This document shows positions 47,701 to 55,820 of a stretch of DNA of 55,820 nucleotides, one piece after another. This DNA is from Gammaproteobacteria bacterium (lineage in GTDB: Bacteria > Pseudomonadota > Gammaproteobacteria > Ga0077536): positions 1 to 55,820 of the forward strand of contig JAURHQ010000005.1 of the NCBI GenBank assembly GCA_030833185.1, in the 5' to 3' direction. Made by a program: the position numbers and the translations under genes. The notes below the pieces were generated by a model, which was not told where the DNA came from, did no database searches, and saw nothing but the letters and a program-made list of their open reading frames with translations. Each line of letters starts with the position of its first letter. The first letter of the stretch is position 1.

Positions 47701-49482
47701 ATGGTTGAAGGCGACTCAGGGCCTGCTGCATCAGGCACACAGTCAATTGCATCCGCAGTAGAGCATGCGGTGACCAAGAGTCAGGAGTTGTTTGAACAAT
47801 TCGCAGCCCGCAGTCAGGAGTTGACTGGCATCGTCGACCCGCTGGGGATTGGCGCAAGTTTTCAGCGCTTCGCCCTTCAACTTGCTCGAAACCCGCTACC
47901 TCTGTGGGAGACCCAGTGGCGTATCTGGATCGATGGCCTGAGCGTGCTACAGCAATCATTCATTCTCAGGGAAGATGCTGGGGCCGGCCGTGCCCAGACA
48001 TCGGAGGACCGAAGATTTCGGGACAGGGAGTGGACAAGCAATCCGCTTTTCGACTTTATCCGACATACCTATCTAATCTTGGCGAACAGCCTGATCCAGT
48101 TGACCTCGCATGCCGATGGGCTGGAGCCCAAAGACGCTCAGAAGGTCGCCTTCTACACCAGGCAGTTTGTCGATGCGATCTCTCCGAGCAATTTCGCATT
48201 GACTAACCCGGAGGTCGTACGCGCTACGCTCGAGCGTGGCGGTGCCAATCTGGTAGAAGGACTCAGAAATTTTCTTGACGATATCGACCTCGCAAGCGGG
48301 CAACTGCGCACGAAGATGGTGGACTCGTCGGCATTTGAACTCGGCAGAAACATTGCCACGAGCCTGGGCTCAGTCGTTTTTCAAAATGACTTGATGCAAC
48401 TCATTCAGTACGCGCCGACAACTGAGCGTGTTTACAGGCGCCCGCTGCTGATCATTCCGCCTTGGATTAACAAGTACTACGTGCTTGATTTGAAGCCAGA
48501 AAACTCTTTTATTCGCTGGGCGGTTAGCGAGGGCCACACCGTCTTCGTCATTTCCTGGGTTAATCCTGACGCAAAGCTAAGAGAAAAGGATTTCGCCGAC
48601 TATCTAAAAGAGGGTCCCCTCGCGGCCATGGATGCCATGGAGGCGGCGACTGGCGAGCGTAGTTTCAACCTGATCGGCTACTGTCTAGGCGGGACCTTGC
48701 TTGGTGCAATGCTGGCTTATCTGCGGCAGAAACAAGATGAGCGAATAAACGCTGCTACGTTTTTTACGGCGATGCTTGATTTTTCAGACCCTGGAGAACT
48801 CGGGGTATTCATCGATGAAAAGCAAGTGTGTCAACTTGAAAAGGAAATGGAGACACGCGGTTATCTTGATGGCAAGGAGATGGCCGCGACATTCAATTTG
48901 ATGCGCGCTAGTGACCTTATTTGGTCTTTCGTCATCAACAACTATCTTCTCGGTAAGACACCCGCCCCTTTCGACCTGCTTTATTGGAATTCCGACTCAA
49001 CGAGAATGCCCGCCCGAATGCACAGCACATACCTGCGAAAAATGTATATGCAGAACTTGCTGTGCAAGCCGGGCCAGTTCCGCATTGATGATGTTGCTCT
49101 CGATTTGAGTCGTGTCTCGGTCCCCTGTTGCTTCGTATCCGCCTTGGAAGACCACATCGCGCCCTGGAAATCTACGTTTGAGGGCGCAAAACTGTTCGGC
49201 GGCCCAGTCGAGTTTATCCTTGGGAAAGCCGGCCACATTGCGGGAATCATTAATCCCCCTGGACCGAAAGCTTATGGCCATTACACCGGACCAGAACCAG
49301 CAGGGGAGGCAGACGATTGGCTGCACGCCGCCACTTTTCATCAAGGGTCGTGGTGGCTTGCATGGGCGAAGTGGATAGAGCCACACGGTGGCGGACGGGT
49401 GCAGGCCAGAAAGCCGGGCGATCGCGCCCTGCCGCGACTAGAAGCGGCGCCGGGCAGTTACGCAAAAGTCAGGCTGGTATAG
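47701..49482 (+). CDS. phaC: Class I poly(R)-hydroxyalkanoate synthase
   Basis: PPWINKYY, lipase box GYCLGG, YWNSD, DHIAPW, GHIAG, APGSY. Confidence 0.96.
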   Translation: MVEGDSGPAASGTQSIASAVEHAVTKSQELFEQFAARSQELTGIVDPLGIGASFQRFALQLARNPLPLWETQWRIWIDGLSVLQQSFILREDAGAGRAQTSEDRRFRDREWTSNPLFDFIRHTYLILANSLIQLTSHADGLEPKDAQKVAFYTRQFVDAISPSNFALTNPEVVRATLERGGANLVEGLRNFLDDIDLASGQLRTKMVDSSAFELGRNIATSLGSVVFQNDLMQLIQYAPTTERVYRRPLLIIPPWINKYYVLDLKPENSFIRWAVSEGHTVFVISWVNPDAKLREKDFADYLKEGPLAAMDAMEAATGERSFNLIGYCLGGTLLGAMLAYLRQKQDERINAATFFTAMLDFSDPGELGVFIDEKQVCQLEKEMETRGYLDGKEMAATFNLMRASDLIWSFVINNYLLGKTPAPFDLLYWNSDSTRMPARMHSTYLRKMYMQNLLCKPGQFRIDDVALDLSRVSVPCCFVSALEDHIAPWKSTFEGAKLFGGPVEFILGKAGHIAGIINPPGPKAYGHYTGPEPAGEADDWLHAATFHQGSWWLAWAKWIEPHGGGRVQARKPGDRALPRLEAAPGSYAKVRLV

Positions 49483-49534
49483 TCGACGGCGACAGATTTA
49501 GATGTAGGGCCCGCACTTATCGCTGGGCGAATGC

Positions 49535-49563
49535 TTTGAGGGCAGCCCTCGTTGGGCTACACT
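49535..49563 (+). promoter_or_regulatory. Possible sigma70 promoter for tRNA-Ser
   Basis: TTGAGG-N16-TACACT followed by a GC-rich discriminator. Confidence 0.35.
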
Positions 49564-49619
49564 CCCGGCTACGTAAATGATGGCTGTTAGCGATGCTTTT
49601 AGCCGTCCGCGTCAAACTC

Positions 49620-49711
49620 GGAGAGGTGCCGGAGTGGCCGATCGGGACTGACTCGAAATCAGTTGTGCCCTTTGCTGGGCACCGGGGGTTCGAATCCCTC
49701 CCTCTCCGCCA
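49620..49711 (+). tRNA. tRNA-Ser (anticodon CGA)
   Basis: GGAGAGG/CCTCTCC acceptor stem, ACTGA-CTCGAAA-TCAGT anticodon arm, long variable arm, GGTTCGAATCC, encoded CCA. Confidence 0.97.
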
Positions 49712-49718
49712 ATTTCCT

Positions 49719-52301
49719 TCACTCATGTGCTGAACCTTCTTTGCCGCCTTGGCAGGTGCAGGCCGCGCGGTCCAAGCGCTGATTGAACCCTGTCATCGCC
49801 GCGCCTAATGCCTCCTCCAACTCAGAGGCAAAAGTCCGGCAGTTGAAACGCTCATCCCTTTCGCTTGTGTACTCAATTTGGCGTGACAGCGACGCGAGCC
49901 GGCATGCGCCGACAGTGCGCGAGGCCCCGCACAGCGAGTGCATTGCGTTTCGCATTTTCGTCGCGCCTATGCCGCCGTCCATGGCGCGCCGGACAACATC
50001 GATAAAACCATGAGCGTCTTCTTCAAATTCTTTGTAGAAACCCCGGGCTTCGTCTAGCTCCATATAGCCGAGCAGTTCTTCAAATAACTCGTCATCCACG
50101 TCGGGTTCCGCTGCCAGGGTTTGGCCGCCCTCGCCAGCAGAGGGCTTGGTAGTCTTTTCCAGCGTGGCGTTCTGCCGCTTCCCCATCAGCTCTTGCACAG
50201 TTTGAATGAGCTGTGAGGGGCGGAGCGGCTTAATCGCAAATTTGGCGATTCCTACCAAATCAGCATCTGCAACCAAGTCAGGACGGTTGTCGGCGGTCAC
50301 CATGACTATTGGGGTTCGCGCAGGGTCATTAGCCGCTGCAAAATTATAAATACGCGCAACGTCGAGGCCGTCCAGCTCAGGCATGTGCATGTCGATCATG
50401 GCCAAGTCGTAAGCGCCTGTCTGAAGTTCATCAAGCGCGCGCTCTCCGTCGCTGACCACATGACAGCGATAACCCGCCCGCTCGAGCGTCATTCGAGCTA
50501 TCAACTGATTGGTACTGTTGTCTTCCGCGATCAGAATTAGCCCCTCCATCGGTGGGCTTTCAGGCTCAACCACCGTCTCTTCATCTGAGAAGAGTTGTGC
50601 TGCCAAGTGGAACGCGCGATGTAGCTCATGCCTGTCAGAGGCAGCCGTTAGAAATGAGGTCAGACCCTCACGAAATGCAATCGGTCGCTGGTCCTCCGTT
50701 CCAAAGCCAAAAACTATCGGAATTGCTTGGCGGCCAGTTCGTGCGATGTGTTCCCTTAGCATTGGCATGACCGTTTCGGCGATCCGACAGTCAATAACGA
50801 AACAGGTCTTTGACGTCAGCAAGTTGAGTTGCCGGTGTAACTCCCCGATGCCAACCTCAATAATCTCCAAGCTTGGAAAGGTTTTGAGAAGAGCGCGAAC
50901 CGGCCCGCTCTCGTAGCCAAACCCCGTAACAACCACTTGGTGCGGCAAACGAAAATCAGGGGTCGGGAGGGGCGGTTGGTGGGGCAGTCTCAGCTCTACG
51001 TCGATACGAGTACCAACGCCGGGCGCCGACTTGATAACGATACTACCGTCCATTAGCTGAATGAGGTCGCGCGCAATCGTTGTGCCGAGCCCAGACCCGT
51101 CGTGCTGTCTGGTTACGCTGTCATCGGCCTGCGAGAACGGGTCGAACACACGCGTAAGATAGTCCTGTTCCATTCCGGGTCCGGTATCAACCACGCTAAG
51201 CACGATAGCTTCACGGTCCCGCGGTGTGCCCGCGGCGAGGGCGGCAATTCGCACGCCCCCTTCGCTAGTAAATTTCACCGCGTTCCCCGCCAAATTTATG
51301 ATCACTTCCTGAATTTGCCTGGGCGACCCCATAAGTTGATGTTCAATTCGCGGATCTACGAAGAGGCTCAAAGAAAGTCCCTTCGCGCTCGCCTGTGGCA
51401 GCAGGATATCCAGCGTTTCGGCCATCGTACGATGGAGTTCCATTTCCTCAATTTGCAGCACGAAGGAGCCCGACTCATATTTGCTGCTATCGAGAATTCG
51501 GTTGATCAGATCGAGTAGCGTATTGGATGAAGAGCGGATCAGCCGCGTCATATCGAGACGCTGGTCTTCAGACATATCGTTGGTGAGGAGTTCGGTCAGC
51601 GCAATTACCCCGTGTAGCGGAGTGCGAAGTTCGTGGCTCATTTTGGCGACAAAATCGGCCTTCGCACGCGCCGCAGATTCGGCTCGCGCAAGCGCGCCGT
51701 ACAGGAGCCGGATTAAATACCCGGCGTAGAGCGGCACCACCAACAGTCCTCCGCTGAGGCCGAGTGCAAGAGCTGGAAACGCCTGCCAAAAATCGGACGC
51801 CCAGATAACGATGGCAAAACCCACCAAAGAGGCGCTTACACCCGCGTAAAGGTAACGCGGACCATAGCGTACGCCGTAGCCAATTGTGGTCCACAGATAG
51901 AGTGCGAAAACACCCGCCAGCGTTTGGTCTCCAAAATAGAGAATCCAACTGATCCCGACGTTGTCCAAGATGATGCTGGCTACTCGTTGACCGACCCTCC
52001 AGGGATCCGTCGCCGGGCGCCTTGCAATAAACCTCGCCCAGACTAAGAGTGTGATGGCTGAAAGAGACGTAAAAAGGAAGGTGTAGCCGACAAGGCGAAG
52101 TTCAAGCGTGGGTTGAAGATGGCAGGCAAGCAAAGCCAGCGCCACCAGCGCGAGGTTCATTGCGCAGCGGATTTTAGCCTGTGCTAGCTCGCCCAAAGGG
52201 GCTGCAGAGTAGGTCCGACTCTGGACTCGGATACTGGGCTCGATGGAGTCGGGGGTTTTAGGTTTCCCGCCAGAGAAGCTAACCGTCTGCGTATCGGACA
52301 T
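49719..52301 (-). CDS. rpfC: RpfC-like hybrid sensor kinase (5TM-HisKA-HATPase-REC-HPt)
   Basis: ExAQxxIR, WTTIGYGVRYG and VPLY as in recalled RpfC; MSHELRTP; REC DMHMP; HPt HSLCGAS. Confidence 0.82.
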   Translation of the reverse strand: MSDTQTVSFSGGKPKTPDSIEPSIRVQSRTYSAAPLGELAQAKIRCAMNLALVALALLACHLQPTLELRLVGYTFLFTSLSAITLLVWARFIARRPATDPWRVGQRVASIILDNVGISWILYFGDQTLAGVFALYLWTTIGYGVRYGPRYLYAGVSASLVGFAIVIWASDFWQAFPALALGLSGGLLVVPLYAGYLIRLLYGALARAESAARAKADFVAKMSHELRTPLHGVIALTELLTNDMSEDQRLDMTRLIRSSSNTLLDLINRILDSSKYESGSFVLQIEEMELHRTMAETLDILLPQASAKGLSLSLFVDPRIEHQLMGSPRQIQEVIINLAGNAVKFTSEGGVRIAALAAGTPRDREAIVLSVVDTGPGMEQDYLTRVFDPFSQADDSVTRQHDGSGLGTTIARDLIQLMDGSIVIKSAPGVGTRIDVELRLPHQPPLPTPDFRLPHQVVVTGFGYESGPVRALLKTFPSLEIIEVGIGELHRQLNLLTSKTCFVIDCRIAETVMPMLREHIARTGRQAIPIVFGFGTEDQRPIAFREGLTSFLTAASDRHELHRAFHLAAQLFSDEETVVEPESPPMEGLILIAEDNSTNQLIARMTLERAGYRCHVVSDGERALDELQTGAYDLAMIDMHMPELDGLDVARIYNFAAANDPARTPIVMVTADNRPDLVADADLVGIAKFAIKPLRPSQLIQTVQELMGKRQNATLEKTTKPSAGEGGQTLAAEPDVDDELFEELLGYMELDEARGFYKEFEEDAHGFIDVVRRAMDGGIGATKMRNAMHSLCGASRTVGACRLASLSRQIEYTSERDERFNCRTFASELEEALGAAMTGFNQRLDRAACTCQGGKEGSAHE

Positions 52302-52363
52302 AAGCCTCGCGCCGTGTTCGGTAGAAATTGCTGTGGGTCTAAGCGCTTTTTTTTGCGTTTCAG

Positions 52364-53746
52364 TTAACCCAGCGCACCGTCGTAATGTTTAAGAACCAGT
52401 GCGGCGTTGTGGCCACCGAACCCAAAGTTCTGGCTTAGTGCATACCTCAGTGGTGCCTCCGTCGTCTCCAATGCAAAATTCAGCTTCGCAATTGGCTTAC
52501 TAAGGTTCCTTGAGGCATGAACCGTCTGATGTTTTAGGGACAGTGCCGTAACGACAAACTCAAGCGCTCCGGCGGCGCCAATCGAATGCCCAAGAATAGA
52601 CTTTGTGCTGTTTAGCAATGGCTTGTCACCGAATGTATTTTCGATGAATGACGCCTCAGTCGCATCATTGAGAACGGTGCCGGTTCCGTGGGTATTGATG
52701 TAATCAATCGAATCCGGCGTGAGGGCAGCGTCAACTAAAGCTGCCCGCAGCATCTGCGTGAATGCATTGTGCTGCGGGGAAATAGCTGCGATCGAGAATG
52801 CATCATTGCTCTGACCAAAGCCTACCAGCTCTGCAATGATTTGTTTCTCCGCGCCGCGCCGCTTAACAGATGCGCCGGTCTCCAGCACCGCCATCCCGGC
52901 GCCGCCTTCACTGAAGAGGAATCCGCTTCGGTCTGCGTCGAAAGGGCGGTTCTCGGTTCCTACGCCTGTAAATGGACTAGCAAGTGTCTGCAATCTATCG
53001 AAGCCCATGAACACCCCACCAGCGCGATCGCTCAAATGCTCTATTCCGCCGGCCAGGGCAATGTCTACCTCGCCGGCCAGAAGGGCACGATAGGCCTTAC
53101 CGATCGCAACCGTCCCAGAGGCGCAGGCCGCGCAAAATGTCTCTGCCACCGCTTGCGCGCCGATGCGGAGAGCAATGTTTGCCGCAAGTGCATTAGGCAT
53201 CGTCTGACAGATCACCATGGGATTAACGCGCGGATGCGCGCCCAGAGCGTCTGCTAACTCTTGAACGAGCAAATCATCGGGGCGCTCATCCCTGAGTGCT
53301 TTTAGCGTATCTTTCATTCCCGCCAGAAGGTGGGCCGCGTAGTTGTCGAAGGGGCTTCTGGCGCCACCGAGACCAGTGCCAACAAACACACCTACTCGCT
53401 CGGGCGCCACATCGGTAAAAGCATAGCCTCCACCGGGCGTTGCGCTCGTCGCACGGGCTAAACCTGCCGAATTGGAGGCCATTTCCGTAGAGACAACGCC
53501 AAGCAACGCCGGCCGGGACAGTAATAGTTCCTCTGATCGCCGGATGCCGAACGAGCGATAATCGGGCTCTACTAGAGGCGCCCAGACCCGACTAGTGGAG
53601 TTGTAGTAGCGTTCCCAACGCGACGGTACGTCAGTGGCTAGACTGCGACTCTCAACACAGGCGTCCCACAAGACATCTGCGCCCACACCTGCGGCCGACA
53701 CTGCACCGAGCCCGGTGACGAAAACCCTATCCGCGTATTTTCCCAC
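52364..53746 (-). CDS. Beta-ketoacyl-ACP synthase (FabF-like, divergent)
   Basis: Catalytic triad ACAS, THGTGT, LGHSIGAAG; NFGFGGHNA. Confidence 0.93.
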   Translation of the reverse strand: MGKYADRVFVTGLGAVSAAGVGADVLWDACVESRSLATDVPSRWERYYNSTSRVWAPLVEPDYRSFGIRRSEELLLSRPALLGVVSTEMASNSAGLARATSATPGGGYAFTDVAPERVGVFVGTGLGGARSPFDNYAAHLLAGMKDTLKALRDERPDDLLVQELADALGAHPRVNPMVICQTMPNALAANIALRIGAQAVAETFCAACASGTVAIGKAYRALLAGEVDIALAGGIEHLSDRAGGVFMGFDRLQTLASPFTGVGTENRPFDADRSGFLFSEGGAGMAVLETGASVKRRGAEKQIIAELVGFGQSNDAFSIAAISPQHNAFTQMLRAALVDAALTPDSIDYINTHGTGTVLNDATEASFIENTFGDKPLLNSTKSILGHSIGAAGALEFVVTALSLKHQTVHASRNLSKPIAKLNFALETTEAPLRYALSQNFGFGGHNAALVLKHYDGALG

Positions 53747-53748
53747 TC

Positions 53749-54015
53749 CTACGCCTTCTGTTCGGCTAGCGCGGTCGCAATAAAGTCACGTAGCCATCCC
53801 ATAGTGACACCAGAAGCGGGGATAGCGTCCGCATTAAATTCAACATCAAACTCAGCGTCGAAGGCGATCATCAAAGCGATCACTTGCATCGAATCCGCAC
53901 CGAGATCTTCCCTTATCAACAAGTCCTCATTGAACGTGGCAGTTGGCGTTTGCAACACCTCATGCACGACAGCTGCGATACGAGATTCTAAAAGCGCAAC
54001 CGACTGGTCCGACAT
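53749..54015 (-). CDS. Acyl carrier protein
   Basis: 88-aa acidic protein, DLGADSM phosphopantetheine motif; start ATG 54015 after GGAG. Confidence 0.9.
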   Translation of the reverse strand: MSDQSVALLESRIAAVVHEVLQTPTATFNEDLLIREDLGADSMQVIALMIAFDAEFDVEFNADAIPASGVTMGWLRDFIATALAEQKA

Positions 54016-54360
54016 AGTTGCTGTGCTCCAACACAAAGTCCAAGAAAACGTAATCTGACGCCAAGCACGAAAGTCTTGCGATAGCGACCATGCTAGAGCA
54101 TCGGTGGCAAACGCCCAAGCGCGGTTCCGAAGTCGAGAATCACCCAAAAGATCTAGGTGGTCTAAATCACAGACAGGACAGTAAAGGTGCCTCGGACGCG
54201 TAAGTAATTCATTTGAGTGATGCGCAGCATTGCAGCTGCCCGCTTACGGTCTGAACTCGCTGGGATGATACGAAGTTCCATTGTCTTATTCACGAGTTCT
54301 GGCCCCGGGTAGAGAGAGCCTCAAAGGCCGATGCCGCGAGCCAGCCATCAGGAGGGTGTA

Positions 54361-55197
54361 ATGAACCGTTCAGCATTCGGCAATTCCAATGCCGCTTTCA
54401 AAATAAAGCAACTAGTAAACACTAGCGCTCCATTTTCAGTGCGCCGAACCGGCACCGCCGTTTGGTGTCACAGGTCGGCTACCACCCAAAGCTTTGTAAC
54501 GTTCGAGCAGTTGAGCGCAATGCGAGACATTGATGCCCAGTTGATGACCGCTGGGCTGGGGGACGTAAGTTACAAGGTCCTTTGTTCTGACCATCCCCGT
54601 TTCTTTTCGCTCGGGGGTGACCTGAGCCTATTCATCCGCTGTGTCGAAGAACAGGATGAGCAATCACTTAGCGAGTATGCAATCCTGGCGATCAGAGCCA
54701 TTTGGGCCAACGCGTCCGGGCTCGGCGCGCGACAAATCAATACAATCGCGCTGGTCGCAGGCGAGGCTCAAGGCGGCGGTTTTGAGGCGGCCCTTTCATG
54801 CGACTTGTTAGTCGCTGAGGTTGGTACATCGTTCGGCTTCCCCGAAACGCTTTTTGGCATGTTCCCGGGCATGGGGGGGGAACTTCTTCTCAGGGGGCGC
54901 GTGGATAACGATTTGGCTAAGAAGCTGGTAACGAGCGCGCACCGCTATCCAGCTGAGATGTTGTTCGAAATGGGCATCGTCGACTACTTAGCACCCAAGG
55001 GCACTGGCCCAGAGACGGTGCAGGAGGCAATACGGACTCAGAACCAAGCGGACCTGTTCGAACGGCGACAGAAGCGGCTTGAAACAGTTAGGTACACCGA
55101 ACTTTTGGATTCAGTTGACGTGTGGGTGGCGCAAGCGATGTCGCTTTCAGCGAGACAGTTGCGGGCGATGAAGTACATCTGTAGCGCTCAAAACTGA
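54361..55197 (+). CDS. rpfF: RpfF-like DSF synthase (crotonase fold)
   Basis: FSLGGDL, GGGFEAALSC, FPETLFGMFPGMG (both catalytic Glu present), RpfF-type C-terminal helix WVAQAMSL..RAM; start ATG 54361 after GGAGG. Confidence 0.82.
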   Translation: MNRSAFGNSNAAFKIKQLVNTSAPFSVRRTGTAVWCHRSATTQSFVTFEQLSAMRDIDAQLMTAGLGDVSYKVLCSDHPRFFSLGGDLSLFIRCVEEQDEQSLSEYAILAIRAIWANASGLGARQINTIALVAGEAQGGGFEAALSCDLLVAEVGTSFGFPETLFGMFPGMGGELLLRGRVDNDLAKKLVTSAHRYPAEMLFEMGIVDYLAPKGTGPETVQEAIRTQNQADLFERRQKRLETVRYTELLDSVDVWVAQAMSLSARQLRAMKYICSAQN

Positions 55198-55256
55198 GCA
55201 GACCCGAACGTTGACACGCACCCGGTGCAGCTGGGTAAGCGTCCTTCTTGCTATAG

Positions 55257-55290
55257 AAAAAAAACCCCGGGAGCGGCTCCCGGGGTTTTT
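55257..55290. terminator. Bidirectional intrinsic terminator (rrn on minus, rpfF on plus)
   Basis: A8-CCCCGGGAG-CGG-CTCCCGGGG-T5. Confidence 0.93.
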
Positions 55291-55298
55291 GGGTTTGA

Positions 55299-55415
55299 AC
55301 CTGGCGATGACCTACTTTCGCATGGTTGAGCCCACACTATCATCGGCGCAGAGCGGTTTCACTTCTGAGTTCGAGATGGATTCAGGTGGTTCCCGCTCGC
55401 TATTGTCGCCAGGCA
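55299..55415 (-). rRNA. rrf: 5S rRNA
   Basis: Minus strand TGCCTGGCGAC...GAACTCAGAAGTGAAAC...GCCGATGATAGT...GAAAGTAGGTCATCGCCAGG. Confidence 0.97.
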
Positions 55416-55495
55416 ATTCGGTTTTCCGTCGGTTGAACACAACCGGCGGTTGGGTAAGTCGATTCGTTTGGCTTTGAAAGCGCTTGAGCGTTATA

Positions 55496-55820
<325 letters not shown>

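Noticed and set aside
55211-55241. TTGACA promoter
   Set aside because: No good -10 at 16-18 bp and it points into a terminator.
49695-55256. Integrative element at tRNA-Ser
   Set aside because: No integrase or transposase, no duplicate of the tRNA 3' end seen, and lower GC begins before the tRNA; an old insertion cannot be excluded.

Overview
GC-rich proteobacterial (probably gammaproteobacterial) chromosomal window of about 40 genes, ending in the 3' end of an rRNA operon (23S partial and 5S, minus strand). Left to right: a partial Orn/Lys/Arg decarboxylase; a TolC plus multicopper oxidase pair; a cyanophycin locus (DUF1854, ABC exporter, two tandem cphA paralogues); a large PAS hybrid kinase with a REC-HD-GYP partner; a lipid/xenobiotic catabolism patch (LLM oxygenases, P450, MMPL transporter, alpha/beta hydrolase); an uncharacterised six-gene operon around a stand-alone phospho-histidine (PEP-utiliser swivel) domain; mlaFEDCB; opgG/H; DegP with a QseBC/PmrAB-like pair; housekeeping genes (yidD, gcvH, yhbY, phaC); tRNA-Ser(CGA); and a four-gene rpfC-ketosynthase-ACP / rpfF module. 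Best candidates for undescribed systems: (1) a DSF-type quorum-sensing module carrying its own ACP and ketosynthase (49.7-55.2 kb); (2) the split phospho-His operon resembling the M. tuberculosis Rv1123c-Rv1127c neighbourhood (26.3-32.9 kb); (3) two CphA paralogues with complementary loss of active sites; (4) a long structured ncRNA candidate upstream of yhbY. All family assignments come from motif recognition and recalled reference sequences, not database searches.
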